Origin: an uncultured delta proteobacterium
GTDB taxonomy: Bacteria; Desulfobacterota; Syntrophobacteria; Syntrophobacterales; Syntrophobacteraceae
Assembly: GCA_963808625.1 (NCBI GenBank)
Contig: CAWEHK010000021.1
Span: forward strand, 1 to 64,000
Reading direction: 5' to 3'
DNA length: 64,000 bases
Shown: positions 1 through 12,400 of the stretch, piece after piece
Position numbering within the stretch: the stretch's first letter is position 1
Layout of the letters: every line of letters begins with the position of its first letter
Translations under genes and position numbers: made by a program
Notes under the pieces: model-generated
The model's database searches: none
What the model was told of the DNA's origin: nothing
What the model saw: the letters and a program-made list of their open reading frames with translations, nothing else

Positions 1-706
1 TTTGGCGCTGTCCGATATTTCCATCCCCATTCGAGAGCATCAGGTCACGGCCCTCATCGGTCCGTCGGGATGCGGCAAGTCCACTTTCCTGCGCTGCCTG
101 AACCGGATGAACGATACGATCCGGGGGACACGGGTGACCGGGGAGGTGCTCCTGGACGGGCAGAACATTTAAGATCGAAACACTTCTGTGTTCGAGTTGC
201 GCAAGCGCGTGGGGATGGTCTTTCAGCGACCCAATCCTTTTCCCCAATCCATCTTCAGCAATGTGGCTTTCGGCCCGCGGGTGCTGGGGCTGGGGAACCG
301 CAATGAATTGGCCCATATTGTGGAAGAAAGCCTTCACGGCGCAGTCCTCTGGGATGAAGTGAAGGACAAACTCAATCAGGATGCGTTCAGTCTCTCTCTG
401 GGGCAACAGCAGCGGCTATGCCTTGCCAGGACCATCGCGGTCAAGCCCGAAGTCATCCTCATGGACGAGCCCTGTTCGGCTCTTGATCCCATCGCCACCC
501 AGCATATCGAAGAATTGATGCGAGCGCTCAAAGCCAACTATACCATCGTCATCGTTACTCACAACATGCAACAAGCCGCGCGAGTGTCGGATTTCACCGG
601 TTTTTTCTGGATGGGTAAGCTGGTGGAATTTGATGTGACCAAGTCGATCTTCACTCGGCCCAGCCAGAAACTGACGGAAGACTATATCACCGGGCGGGCA
701 GGCTAA
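1..706 (+). CDS. pstB: Phosphate ABC transporter ATP-binding protein, 5'-partial, with in-frame TAA at 170-172
   Basis: Frame 2 reads ...[23 protein letters not shown]...[25 protein letters not shown]...[27 protein letters not shown]; adjacent to phoU. The TAA sits where Tyr is expected. Confidence 0.93.
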
Positions 707-891
707 GGCGCATGGCAATGAATAATCGTGCACGGATGGGAGACCGACTCGGTTTCAAAGAACCGAAGATCAGGTCTGCGATGTTCGACGTGATAAATAG
801 TTTCTTGTCCGTGAGCCTGAGCGCATGACGACCTGGAACAGGCCGGGACCGGACAGAACACCTTTTTGCCAAGGGAGGTACAATTCAGGCT

Positions 892-1555
892 ATGGCACGA
901 ACAGCATTCGACCAGGAATTGCAGGACCTTGAAAAAAGACTCCAGGAGCTGGGCGGGATGGTGGAAGAAGCACTGGTGGAAGCAGTGGATGCCTTGAAAC
1001 GCCATGACCTGGAAAAGGCGGCGCAAATCATCGATGCCGATCGTGCAGTGAATGAGAGGCGTTATGCCATTGAACACGAAACCTTTGTGCTCATCGCCAC
1101 ACAGCAACCTATGGCGGTGGATTTGAGGACTCTCGCCGCGGTCCTGGAGATCGCCACCGAGCTGGAACGGATTGGGGATTACGCCAAGGGGATTGCCAGA
1201 ATCACCCTCAAGATGGGGACGGAACCCTTTGTCAAACCTCTGATCGATATTCCACGCATGGCCGAGAAAGCACGCAGCATGCTGCACCGAGCGCTTCGAG
1301 GCCTTCCTGGGACGGGATACCGAACTGGCCCGAGCGATTCCTGCCGAAGACGATGAAATGGACGCTCTCTATGACCAGATCTTCCGCGAGCTGATCACCT
1401 ATATCACGGTCGACCCCAAACTGGTCGATCGAGCCAATTATCTTATCTGGGTGGCCCATAACCTGGAACGGGCCGCCGATCGTGTGGTGAACATTTGCGA
1501 GCGGGTGATCTTCATGGTCACCGGTGAAGTCGTGGAGTTTGACGAGAATCTCTAG
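892..1555 (+). CDS. phoU: Phosphate signalling protein PhoU, frameshifted near 1300
   Basis: ORFs 892-1356 (QQPMAVDLR, ELERIGDYA) and 1358-1555 (HNLERAADRVVNICERVIF) give the two PhoU repeats. Confidence 0.92.
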
Positions 1556-1620
1556 GATCTCAACAGCGGCTGCTTCGATGAACATCCTCTCAGAGCGTGT
1601 CTGAAAATTCCCCGTAAAGC

Positions 1621-1760
1621 TGGTTCCCAAGCTCTGGCTTGGGAACCCACCTGCTTGGAAGCTCTAGCTTCGTCAGACGTGTGGATGCCACCCGATACTC
1701 AAGAGGCACGGGAAGCTGGAGCTTCCGTGCCTGCGTTCCCAAGCTGGAGCTTGGGAACGA
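1621..1760. repeat. REP-like palindromic cluster
   Basis: Hairpins tggttcccaagctctggcttgggaaccca (1621-1649) and gttcccaagctggagcttgggaac (~1735-1758), plus related ggaagctggagcttcc copies, downstream of phoU. Confidence 0.75.
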
Positions 1761-1841
1761 GCGAACGAGCGAACTCTCCCCCTTTCTAGGCTTGGGTTGG
1801 GGGAATTTTTCTTCGAGTTTTCGGGCGGGGTCGGGCCGAAA

Positions 1842-2502
1842 GCGCCGGGATAAACCGGCATAGAGTAGGGGATGAAAGAGCCCCACATAAAAGGAGAAGC
1901 TGCTCCATTATGGCCCCGAGTCATGTGCGGGTGGTCGTGAGGCTGCACGTGAAGCGTTGACAGGGGAAAGCGCAGGCCAGCCATTGAGCTCCGAAATCAC
2001 CCATCCGGGATGCCGACCTTGTGGTCCGAAGGGGAAGGCAACACTGGAGGAGGACGTTAGACAGCGAGCCCTCGCCAGGTCCCGCGGAGTCTGAGACCCT
2101 GTGCATGCGTGGACACTCTATGCTCGAGAACCGGGAGATCTCCATAGCCTCTGGCGGATTCTTGCCAGAGCGGTCGGGGAAGGCCTGTGGCCGCAAGCCC
2201 GACATGTACGCTATGGAGAAGTCAGACATCGGCGTAGTACCGAAGAAGGGGCCGAACAATGCTGCAGATTCGGCGGCGGAGGCTCTGGAGGGAAGGCCGG
2301 TGACCGAGGGGAATTCTGTAAAGACCGACTGGGACCTGCACGCAGAGGCAGGAGTAAGCATTGAGCGGACTTGACAGAATACGTGAAGCAGCGCAAAACA
2401 AGCGACTTTGCGTCATCAACCCAAGGTAGGAGCCGTATGAGATAATTCCTCACGTACGGATCTGTGCGGGGGGTGCCGGGCGACCGGCATTCCTACCGCG
2501 AT
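1842..2502 (+). ncRNA. Group II intron ribozyme lacking its RT ORF (internally deleted)
   Basis: Domain I-type motifs (ggccccgagtcatgtgcg...gaagcgttgacagggg...gcaggccagccattgagctccgaaat); domain V gagccgtatgagataattcctcacgtacggatc (~2430-2463); domain VI and 3' end gggggtgccgggcgaccggcattcctaccgcgat. IEP remnant MYAMEKSDIGVVPKK...LDRIREAAQNKRLCVINPR*. 5' boundary approximate. Confidence 0.85.
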
Positions 2503-2809
2503 AAACTATCTGTTTGAGAAGTCATGACAATCCGACAAAATGAAGCCTGATATCAACCTTAAACGGGCATTTTCGGGGTCGAAACTGAACGTCTAAGGTC
2601 CAGGAGAGAAGTCGATGAGAAGGGGATCTGGGATCGCTCTTCATCTGCACTGAATGATGGTGGGGCAGTCTCGATCACATACAGCCCACCCCTCAATAAG
2701 GTCAGCCACCGCGAGTAGATATAGAACAATCCATGAGCTTTTGCCATTACCTTTTTGGTTCCGGCTTGTTCCGGGTTAGGATAGGTGGGTCCTGCATGGA
2801 GTTTCTCCT

Positions 2810-3476
2810 GACCGGAGTGCTCTTTCTGCGCTGATGGAAAAGATCTATCCGGACCAGAAGCCTAAGGCCAGTCAGAATTGGGTCAGTCAGGTCTGGCCTT
2901 TCACTCATGAGAATCAAGACAGGCGACCTTGTGGTGCTTCCACCCAAAACCCAGCCCGCCATCTCCATCGGGGAAATAGCGGGAGGGTATCACTTCGATC
3001 CTGATGGACCCAATCCGTATTACCACTGGCATCCGGTGAAATGGATCGGTGGGGCCATTCCTCGGTCGCACTTCAGTCAGGACCTTCTCTGCACTTTTGG
3101 TGCTTTCCTAACGATCTGCCGCATCAAACGCAATAACGCGGAAGCACGTATTCTGGCCATGCGCGCCAACGCCTGGAAACCCGAGGCCGTTAAAACAATC
3201 AAAGCCGCGCCCTACACCTCGGACACCGACGAAGCCGCTTCCTCAACAGACCTGGAGGATTTGGCGCGCGATCAGATTGCGCAGGCCATTTCAGTCAAGT
3301 TCGACGGACATGGGCTTACACGACTGGTTGATGCGATCCTCAAGGCACAGGGTTACACGACCTACCAGAGCCCTGACGCGGCAGACGGTGGGGTGGCTAT
3401 ACTAACCGGGGCTGGGCCGCTCGGGTTTGGAACACCGCTGCCAGATGGCGTAAGGTCGCATAACGGCCGCTCATGA
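2810..3476 (+). pseudogene. Mrr-like restriction system protein remnant
   Basis: GDLVVLP..IGEIAGGYHF..VKW..IPRSHFSQDL..GAFLTIC, then GHGLTRLVDAILKAQGY..DGGV; frameshifted, N- and C-terminally truncated. Confidence 0.7.
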
Positions 3477-3649
3477 AGTAACGCAGGATGACGCGGAGGG
3501 ATTCTTTCTGGCAGTCGCGCGGTCCGCAGAGGGCGTCAAGGAATGGCTCATACAGATTGATGTCGAAGCGCTTCTGATCGATGTTCGTGCTGAAACGCAG
3601 GACCAGGTCTTCATTGCGAAGTCGCTGTTGGTCAGGGATAACTTTTCAC
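3437..3649 (-). pseudogene. Type III restriction enzyme Res subunit, N-terminal fragment
   Basis: Manual translation DQQRLRNEDLVLRFSTNIDQKRFDINLYEPFLDALCGPRDCQKESLRVILRYFMSGRYATLRHLA resembles Res N-termini (from memory, not searched). Confidence 0.55.
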
Positions 3650-3653
3650 GTTC

Positions 3654-4008
3654 CTAAGGCAAATCCATTGACGCCAGTATTTCCTCAACCTCATCGAGAA
3701 ATGCGGTAAGGCTTTATGGATCGCCGGCCTTCCGGGCTGCTATCGTGCATTGCCGGATCATTCACTGGATGCCAGTGCCAGCGTCCATCAAGCTGATCCC
3801 TCGCGTGGATGCGCTGTCCATTGTGGATCTAAACCAGATTGGTAGAGTCAAAGCGATCATTTCGGTACACCTGAATGAATGTCTCAAATGAGAGATAGAG
3901 CCTTGCCTTCAAGAGATTCGCGCTCTGATCGAGTATCTCCAGGCGGGTGATGTAATGGCGTCGGTCGACTTCGTGCGGCAGATCGTCAGCAAGGACGGCT
4001 ACATTCAT
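3654..4008 (-). pseudogene. Putative TumE/DUF6516-like toxin, with internal stop and frameshift
   Basis: ...KARLYLSFETFIQVYRNDRF...RIHARDQLDGRWHWHPVNDPAMH...; start overlaps the stop of the upstream small gene. Confidence 0.45.
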
Positions 4009-4315
4009 GGTTGTGATATGGGCCTTCGCAGTCGTTCGATTTCTTCGGTCATATCGGTAATGCCGGTCATCGCCATTTCCCACTCAAATAGTCTTGCTCC
4101 AGTTCGAAATCCGGCTCGGATTGCAGGATCTGCTTGCGAAATGTCAGAAAATCCTGACGATATTTGGCTTCAAACCGGCGAGCAGCGGCCTGATACTTGA
4201 CAAGATTTCTTTGCGCCCGCTCCAGGAGCAGCTCCACCAACGCCTGTTCCGGATTCAAGCTGGGAAAAAGGCGCTTCACGCTCGATTCGATTTTCTCTGC
4301 CAGATTGAGGCTCAT
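4005..4315 (-). pseudogene. Putative antitoxin, small helical protein, frameshifted
   Basis: MSLNLAEK...RRFEAKYRQDFLTF...ELEQDY(L)xWEMA; the FExKYxxxF...EExDxxxWE pattern is typical of partners of DUF6516-type toxins. Confidence 0.45.
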
Positions 4316-4429
4316 TGCTTTTTCTCCATCTGCTTTTGCCGTGCAGTTCCTCTTCGGTGGTCGTTGAGGATCGACGGTGATCGTTGTTAGAAACATCCAT
4401 GGGAGCCGTCCTACCTGGGGACGCTCCTC

Positions 4430-4530
4430 TACCACTTGGAAGGCGTTTTGATTTCCGTATACTCATTGCCATAGATGTCCACATAGATCAGCATAACATG
4501 TTTGCCCAGCGCATCCACCGGCAACTCCAT
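4430..4530 (-). pseudogene. Type III Mod methyltransferase, C-terminal fragment
   Basis: LGKHVMLIYVDIYGNEYTEIKT resembles the MIIYxDIFGNE C-terminus of Mod subunits; lies upstream of the Res fragment on the same strand. Confidence 0.5.
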
Positions 4531-4797
4531 TTGTATACCACAGGTGAGTTTCACCGTAGCTCACTTTAACCGATTGACGATCTGATTCCCCTTCTTTCTA
4601 TAAGCCTCAAAATGACCATCCACCGTGTAGACGCGCTTTCATCAGGCAAAAACCAGGCTGGCCAGAATCAAGGAATCCATTGCCGGCATTCCGGTTCCAT
4701 ATGAAATGAGAACTGCTTTCTCAGCCGCCGCTCTGGTGGTCGGTGATAGGAGGTAGAGTCCGGGAAATGGAGGTGATACCTTCGCACAGACGAGCTT

Positions 4798-7700
4798 TCA
4801 ACCGCCGGCAACAGGACTCCTCACCTCGACCCAGTGTTCCTTATGGTCGTCAACAAGAGGGATGGTCTTATCGGGTTGCTCGGTGCCGTCCACGGTTACG
4901 CGCATCTCATCATTCCCGGCAGGCGTTTGCAGGACCGCGATGTGGTAGACCGTCTCCCGATAGCGGTAGTGCATCGTGAACCCCTTCCAATCGGCAGGGA
5001 GGCACGGCGCTAAAACGCAGTTTATCCACCTCGAGTCTCAGCCCCAGGAGGGATTCCACGATCAGCCGGTACATCCAGGCGGCCGAGCCCGTGTACCAGG
5101 TCCAGCCGCCGCGGCCGGTATGCGGCGGCACCGCATAGACGTCGGCGGCAACGACGTAGGGTTCGACTTTGTAGATGGCGGTCTCCTCAGTCGATCTCGC
5201 ATGGTTCACCGGGTTGATCATGGTAAAGAGCTCCCACGCCCGCCGGTTGTCCCCCAGGCGAGCGAAGGCCATGGCCGCCCAGATGGCCGCATGCGTGTAC
5301 TGCCCGCCGTTTTCTCTGACTCCCGGGACGTACCCTTTGATGTAGCCGGGATTCAGCTCCGACTTGTCGAAGGGCGGGTCCAGCAGTTGGATCAGTCCAT
5401 GCTCACGGCGAACAAGGCGCTCATCCAGCGCTTCCATGGCCATGCGTGAACGCTCATCATCTCCCGCACCCGAAAGCACCGACCAGCTCTGCGCAATGGA
5501 ATCAATTTGGCATTCGGGGTTGACTGACGATCCCAGCGGCGAGCCGTCGTCGAAGTAAGCGCGGCGATACCACTCGCCGTCCCAGCCATGTTCCTCGAGA
5601 TTCCGGCGCAGGTGAGCCGCCTCCCCCTGGCAGCGTTCGACAAAGGATATGTCACCCCGTCTGTTTGCCACCTCCGTGAAGCGCATGAGCACTTCATACA
5701 GGAAAAAACCCAACCAGACGCTTTCGCCCTTGCCGTGTTCGCCCACCAGGTTCATGCCGTCGTTCCAGTCACCGGAGCCCATGAGCGGCAGGCCGTGGTC
5801 ACCGAATTTGAGGCTGTTCAGGATGGCTCGGACACAGTGTTCGTAAAGACTCGCCGCCTCTTCGGAGCGCCCGGGCAGATCGTAATAGGAGTCTTCATCC
5901 GCGTTTACCGGGCGGCCCTGGAGGAAGGGGACGGGCTCATCCAACACGCCGGTGTCCCCGGTGGTGAGGACATAGCGGCACGTCGTGAGCGGCAGCCAGA
6001 GGTAATCGTCCGAACAGTGAGTACGCACCCCCCGACCCGTTGGAGGATGCCACCAATGCTGCACATCCCCTTCCGGGAATTGACGGGCCGCGCACCGGAG
6101 CAGGTGCTCGCGCACGAGATGCGGCCTGGCGTGGATGAGTGCCATCACGTCCTGCAACTGATCGCGGAAACCGAAGGCGCCCCCCGACTGGTAGGTTGCG
6201 CTTCGCGCCCAAAGGCGGCACGCCAGCGTTTGGTAGAGCAGCCAGCCATTGGCCAGCAGGTTGAGGGACCGGTCGGGGGTTTCCACATTTACCGCGCCGA
6301 GGGTGTGCGTCCAGTGCTGCCACGCCACATCGAGGGCGCCGCGCGCCGCGGTTGATCCGCGAAAACGATGGACCAGGTTTCGGGCCTCGTCGGCGTCGCG
6401 CCCGACGCCGAGCCTGAAGACGATCTCGCGCTCTTCCCCCGCGGCCAGATCGAAGCTCACCTGGATCGTAGCGCAGGGATCCAGGGCGGCCCCCACCTTG
6501 CCGGAAAGGCGCGTGCGCGTCATCGCGGCAGGAGCGCGCAGCGTCCCGTTGCGTCCCAGGAATTCCGTCCGATCGCCGCTTACGGTGCGCGTCGTATCAT
6601 CCACATCGAAGAACGCAGTCCGGTCGCGGAACTCGGTGTTGCATGGGTTGCGCGCGAAGAGCGCGCCGCTGTTCGGGTCAATTTCGGTGATCACGTGCAT
6701 GGTCGATTTCGGCCGCAGGTCGCCAAGCACCCATTCCGCATATCCGGTAGCGGAGAGCCGGCGGGAGCGGCCCGAGACGTTTTGCACTTTGAGCACCGAA
6801 AACTTGATCGCTGCATCCATGGCCACGTAAACCCACAGCTCGGAGCGGATGCCATCCTCGGTGTGCTCAAAGACGCTGTAGCCGAATCCGTGCCGGGTGA
6901 CGTAAGGCGTTGCCCCGCGGCAGGGCAGCGGCGTGGGCGACCAGAAGTGGCCGGTCTCTTCATCACGGAGGTAAAAGGCCTCGCCGCTCGCATCGCTCAC
7001 CGGATCGTTTTCCCAGGGAGTGAGGCGGAACTCGTGGGCATTCTCGCTCCAGGTGCAGGCAAGACCGCTCTCTGAGATGACGGTCCCGAAGTCGGGGTTG
7101 GCCAGCACATTGACCCAGGGCGCCGGCGTCACCTGCCCGGGCGAGGTGGTCATAACGTACTCGCGCCCATCCGGGGTGAATCCGCCCAGTCCGTTGTAGA
7201 ACGTCAGATCGTGGCGTGGCAGCGGGGCCGCCGCCAGGGGTTCGGAGCGGTGGGTTCGGGTCGGGATAAGGAGGGGTGCGGCGCCTTCCACGGGAATGCG
7301 ACCGTCGATCTGGTCCGCCAGCGTCCCCCGGCGGTCGGTGATGATGGCGCGAGCGACCGTTTGGATGAGGATGCGGTCCTCCTCGGCGATCTGGTCCCCA
7401 GGTCTTACGAATATGCCGCCGGGTCGATCGGTCAGGCTGACTTCAGTTCCTGCGGCAATGAGCCCCATGATCTGGTCGTGGAGGAGTTGCCGGTAACCGG
7501 CGTGATCTTCATTCCAGATCACCAGGTCCACCGCCAGTCCCTTGAGGCGCCAGTACGCGTGGGCCTGCACGAGTTGGCGCACCAGGTCGATATTGGCCGC
7601 ATCTTCAATCTGCAGCAGCACAATCGGTAAATCGCCGGAGATGGCGTAGCCCCAGAGACCGGATTGCCCGCGGCGGTTCTTGATGAGGACGCTTGGATCG
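4798..7700 (-). pseudogene. GH94 cyclic beta-1,2-glucan synthase/phosphorylase (NdvB/Cgs-like), 5'-truncated, 3' frameshift
   Basis: [73 protein letters not shown]; no native start, homology appears to end near 7700. Confidence 0.88.
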
Positions 7701-8063
7701 GATCGGCTTTTCGATCAGTTTTTTGTTTTAAGGTCGCGTCATCGGACAACCTCATCGCTAAGCTAGCCTCATGGGTTGAAAGCTCTGGATTCGTGACCAA
7801 GTTCTGCTATGATGGACACATCTTTGACAGCTATTCGTCTGATCAGACCGAGTGGGGTGTGATCAGGGCGCGGGGACGCTCCTTTGGATCATAAGAGTAT
7901 GCCCGCACCTAAGGTTGGCCGCCTCTGGAGGTTCAGGAGGGAGGGGCTTGACGAGTTGGTCCGACGCGGTAGCGCAGCAGAAAAGACTGAAACACCCACT
8001 CTCCAAAACGCTGACAGCCGCCAAGCGTAAGTCAATTCTTGGCCTGCGGAGCTCTTGCACGCA

Positions 8064-8831
8064 ATGATTCGAGACCTTGGACTGTATAGCTCACGAAACA
8101 CTTCAAAAGGAGCCCTCATCGAAGAGGCAGCTCAGCTCTTAGGTCCCTTGTCAGCGGAAAGCTCTTTTCATGATATCAGGCGCGAGGCGCTTGAAGGCAC
8201 ATTACTCCGTCAGAGAGCACGTACAACGCGCCAAACGATTTGGCGCAGGCTGCACTATCGGCTCTTTTCACATGGTGTGCATTGGGTAATCGAGGATCTG
8301 AAAAAGGCTCTTCAGACAGGACACCATAGCCCTGAATTTGTTTCACTGGTCTACCTCCATTATGCCCTCAGAGATCGCTTGACGTTTGATTTTGTGACGG
8401 AGGTGGTGTGGCAGCACTGGACGAGCGGGATTCAGACCGTTAACAGAGATGACCTTCTATCTTACCTCGACCAGGCTGCTGAAACCCAGGATCAAATCAG
8501 AAAGTGGTCTGAAAGTTCGAGGCGAAAACTTGCTGCCAGCATCCTCACCGCCCTTCGAGACTTCGGAGTCCTTAAGGGCACGCGCGGTAAGAGAATCATC
8601 AGACCTCAGCTTCCGACTCCTACTGCGGAGCATCTCCTACGTATCCTTACCATTGAGGGGTTGCGCGGAAGTGAAGTGCTTTTCGATCGAACCTGGCGGC
8701 TCTTTCTTCTTTCTCCTGATGATGTTGCGCATGTACTTTCACAACTTGCTCAGACACAGCATATTCAATTCGAGCGCGCAGGCAGCACTGTTGTACTCGA
8801 AACACCGGCTGAATGGAGTGCTTCCTGGTGA
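8064..8831 (+). CDS. brxA: BREX BrxA-like protein (DUF1819)
   Basis: ~255 aa; YSSRNTSKGALIEE, WSESSRRKLAASILTALRDFG; first gene of the brx operon. Confidence 0.75.
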   Translation: MIRDLGLYSSRNTSKGALIEEAAQLLGPLSAESSFHDIRREALEGTLLRQRARTTRQTIWRRLHYRLFSHGVHWVIEDLKKALQTGHHSPEFVSLVYLHYALRDRLTFDFVTEVVWQHWTSGIQTVNRDDLLSYLDQAAETQDQIRKWSESSRRKLAASILTALRDFGVLKGTRGKRIIRPQLPTPTAEHLLRILTIEGLRGSEVLFDRTWRLFLLSPDDVAHVLSQLAQTQHIQFERAGSTVVLETPAEWSASW

Positions 8832-9398
8832 GCGATCGTGACTGGCGTTGGAAAATTGGGGAAGTGATCGAGCGGCTGCGTTCTCGCTACCAATACATTG
8901 GCAGGAAGACTGGGGCTCCTTTCCTGGCAATGGTTTATCCTGTGGAAGTTCAACTTGCTGTATTCGCTGAATGGCATGCTCAGAGCAGTGCACTTGAGCG
9001 TGATTTCGATGTTCGCACGATCGATGTTCTCGAACATAACTCAGCGTGTTATCTCGGATATCGGGTCGGAAAATATAGTGGATTGTCTGTCGGATCCGAT
9101 GCCTGGTTCGGACCCAATATCTGATCTAGGACAGCTCTGGGTCAACGCTGTCGCTGAAGCAGTGGGCAGCGCATTCCTCAACTCAAGGGCAAATAAACCG
9201 GTTGTCAGTATGGGACGGTTGGCCGCTTTGTATCCTGCCATCGGCCCACGCGATATCATGCAGGCGCTCTCGGACAGCAATCAAGCGACCATTAAGGGAC
9301 CAGTTATTGTTCTCATCCCCGGGAGCCTCGAAGGACCGAGGACTTACGCCTTCCTGGATATCAAGAAGGAATTCATGTACCGGGGCGACCTGCTATAA
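8828..9398 (+). CDS. brxB: BREX BrxB-like protein (DUF1788), frameshifted near 9040
   Basis: APFLAMVYPVE... joined to ...LAALYP...PVIVLIPGSLEGPRTYAFL..YRG; lies between brxA and brxC. Confidence 0.72.
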
Positions 9399-9418
9399 AG
9401 GGAAACAGGAGTTAGATC

Positions 9419-12400
9419 ATGCGAATCGCAGATCTGTTTGAAACCAGGGTAGAGGAAAAGATAGAGCCTGTCATAAAGGTCGGAGAGACCAAAGATGAGC
9501 GTAAGTTGGCGTCTGAGATTGGCAGTTATGTGGTCACGCCACTTATAGAGAAGTATTTGGATGATTATCTCGAGCACTATACAGAGAGCTTCCTCACTCA
9601 GACGACAGAGATCGGCGTTTGGATTTCAGGATATTTCGGATCAGGGAAATCGCATCTTGCTAAGATCATTGCTGTTCTTGCTGAAAACCGGAAACTGGTT
9701 GGCGTGCCTGCATGTGAGAGGTTCATAGCACGAATCCCTCCTCAAAGCTCCAGGCAAGGTTCGCTCCACCGCAGCCTGTCGCGCATGGATCAATCTGCTA
9801 CAAACATCCTCGCTTTTAACCTGAATACCATAGCAGATAGCAGGAGCCGCCCGCTGCCCAGCATTCTCCTTTCGCAATACTATCTATCTCGTGGCTACGG
9901 AGGGAACCTCATCTATGCACGGGTAATTGAAGCCGAGCTTGACCGGCAGGGAAAGCTTGAAGCACTGCACCGTGCTGTTGAGACTCGGGCGAACAAAAGC
10001 TGGCCTGATATTCAGCGCAACCTGTCATTTTATAGAAAGCACCTTTACGAGGCAGCCTGCGAAGTCGCTCCTGAAGTCTTTGAGAGCCCTCAAGATGTTG
10101 AGCGAGCATTGAAAGAAGCAGAACACGGTGAACTTTACAACGTTGGTTTCCTCATCGATACCGTGCTCGATGATCTCAGAAGACGCGAAAAGGAGGCCAA
10201 GAAGCCTCAGCGGATGCTCTTCGTATTGGACGAGTCCGGGCAGTGGATCGAGAACGAAGCGAGCCGTTTGGCCCAACTGCAGGCACTCATCGAAGAAGCC
10301 GCTATCAAGGGACAGGGCAGGATATGGGTCATTGTAACCACGCACGGAGATATGGGTTCCATATTCAAGGAAGCCCGCGCCCTCGAAGGGGACATGAAAA
10401 AAATAGAAGGCCGCTTCAGATTTAAATTTGGTCTGACTACGGAAAACATAGAGCTCGTTTTGGAAGACAGGCTTTTCAAAAAGGTAGTGGCCGGCAAGCA
10501 CCAGTTGGAACAGGTGTATTTGAATCGTGGCGGCACCCTGCGCGGACTGGGAGAGCTTGCTAACACCAGCCAGACGCTTCCCGCCTGCACTAAGGAGAAA
10601 TTCGTAACTTACTACCCTTTTTTCCCATACCAGGTTCACCTTATCCCCGAAATTGTAAAGTCTCTGCGCTCCAAAGGGGGGCGGGGCGAGCAGCTTTCCG
10701 GCTCCACACGCACCCTTCTGGCCATTACCCAGGATATTTTGAGAAGCGGACGGCGCCAATACCTTGATGAGGGCATAGGGGTTCTTGTCAGCTTCGATGA
10801 GATCTATGGCAATCTATCCGGCGAAGGGGAAGTCAGTCCGGATGTTCGCACTGAGCTCTCCCGCCTCAAGGATGTGATCCCGGGGGCTACGGAGCTTACC
10901 CCCAAGGTGGCGGAAGTCCTCTATCTCATCCGCGAAATTCCTTACATCCCCCGCACCAAAGACAACCTTGCGCGCCTGCTTTGCGATCGAATCGATGAGG
11001 ATCTGCCTGCGGTGTTGGCCCGCGTTGAACCTGAACTGGAACGGCTCATCAAAGCGAAGCTCGTAGCACGTATCGGGGAGGAGTACGAATTCCTTACTGG
11101 TGAACGGCGGACTTTTGAAGATGAAGTGGCCACCATCGAAGAACAATACCGTCAGCAGGACCGCGAACGTGGTCTTGTTGAGCACTTCATCTATGGTGGT
11201 GGTAAGGCGCACTGGCGCAAGTGGCTCGATTTCGAAACGGTCAGCCATCTTGGCATGGAGTTCCCATTCCGCCTTCAGATTGATGGTTTCGCTGTGCCGG
11301 GCAGACAGGGAGATATCGCCCTCAAAGTTTCCACCCCTCTTGCCGTGCTTGGGGCTATAAGTCTTGATGACCTTGAAAACCAGAGCCTCCGCTCCGACGA
11401 GCAAAACACGATCTTCTTCTACTCCGGAAGGGTGAAGGGCTTTGACCGAGAGATCACGCGGGACCTCGCAATGAAGGAGGTAATCGATAATTGGAAAGGT
11501 GATCCTCACCGTAGCGAGGATGCTCGAAAGCTTGCTCAGGAGCGGGAGTCCAACGACCTTCCCAAGCTCGAACGAAAAGTCGTCGAGGCCCTCAAGGAAG
11601 GAATTCGTTCCGGATGGACCATTTTCCGTGGGTCGAGCCGCTCTCTGGCGATCAAGCAGGGCCAGAAACCCAGTGATGCCCTGCGCACAGAGCTCAGCAC
11701 TTTCTGGCCGGTTCTATACCCCAAATTTGATCGCGTTCCTGTCCGCATAGTCAATGATCAGCGAGCCATTCAGGAAGTTTTGGCAGGGAGTAGTAATCCG
11801 AGCAAAGACGTTCTTTCCCTTAAGCTCTATGACAAGGCAGGTAAAATTGACGTTAACTGTCCACTCCTCGATGCCATCCGCATGTATCTCTCCACCGAGC
11901 AAAATGCCGGACGCCGGGTGTTGGGAAAGGATCTCGTCAGCTATTTCAGTGCGCCTCCCCACGGATGGGACCCAAATGCGGTCAGGATCGGTGTGGCGGC
12001 ATTCGTTCGCAGTGCCGCGGTCAAGATCTTGATCAACAAGAAGGCCTTCGCAAACCCCACCGATCGCGAGCTCGTGGATGCTCTGCGTGTCAGTCGGAGC
12101 TTTGATCGAGTTGAATGTGTGCTCGAGTTGGCAGATGTTGATCGGGAAGTCTTGACGGAAACACGCTCCTTCCTGATAAGCCTGACAAAGCAACGAGGCA
12201 TTGACGAAACCCCTGCCGCCATCAGCGAAGGTGCAGAAAGCCTTGCTGACTCTATCCTGGCCAGAGCAAGCACTATCAGACTCTGGGCAGGAGCTGCGCG
12301 CATGCCGCTACCCGAGTCGTTTCTCAACGGAGAAGATGCCTGGAAACGAGTGAAGGAGCTCTCCAATCCAGTGCACCGGGTAATTGAATTTCACGGAAAC

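Noticed and set aside
170..172. In-frame TAA in pstB as stop-codon recoding
   Set aside because: Isolated case; TAA terminates other genes normally (pstB itself, brxC). An error or mutation is simpler.
1591..1610. agagcgtgtctgaaaa resembling an IS5-type terminal repeat
   Set aside because: No partner repeat or transposase found nearby; too short to support.
2021..2374. Stand-alone protein genes in the ORF track
   Set aside because: They overlap intron RNA structure; only the MYAMEKSD... part is an IEP remnant.
1842..2502. Retron or diversity-generating retroelement
   Set aside because: No reverse transcriptase ORF in the window and no template/variable repeat pair; the GH94 duplicate differences are not adenine-specific.
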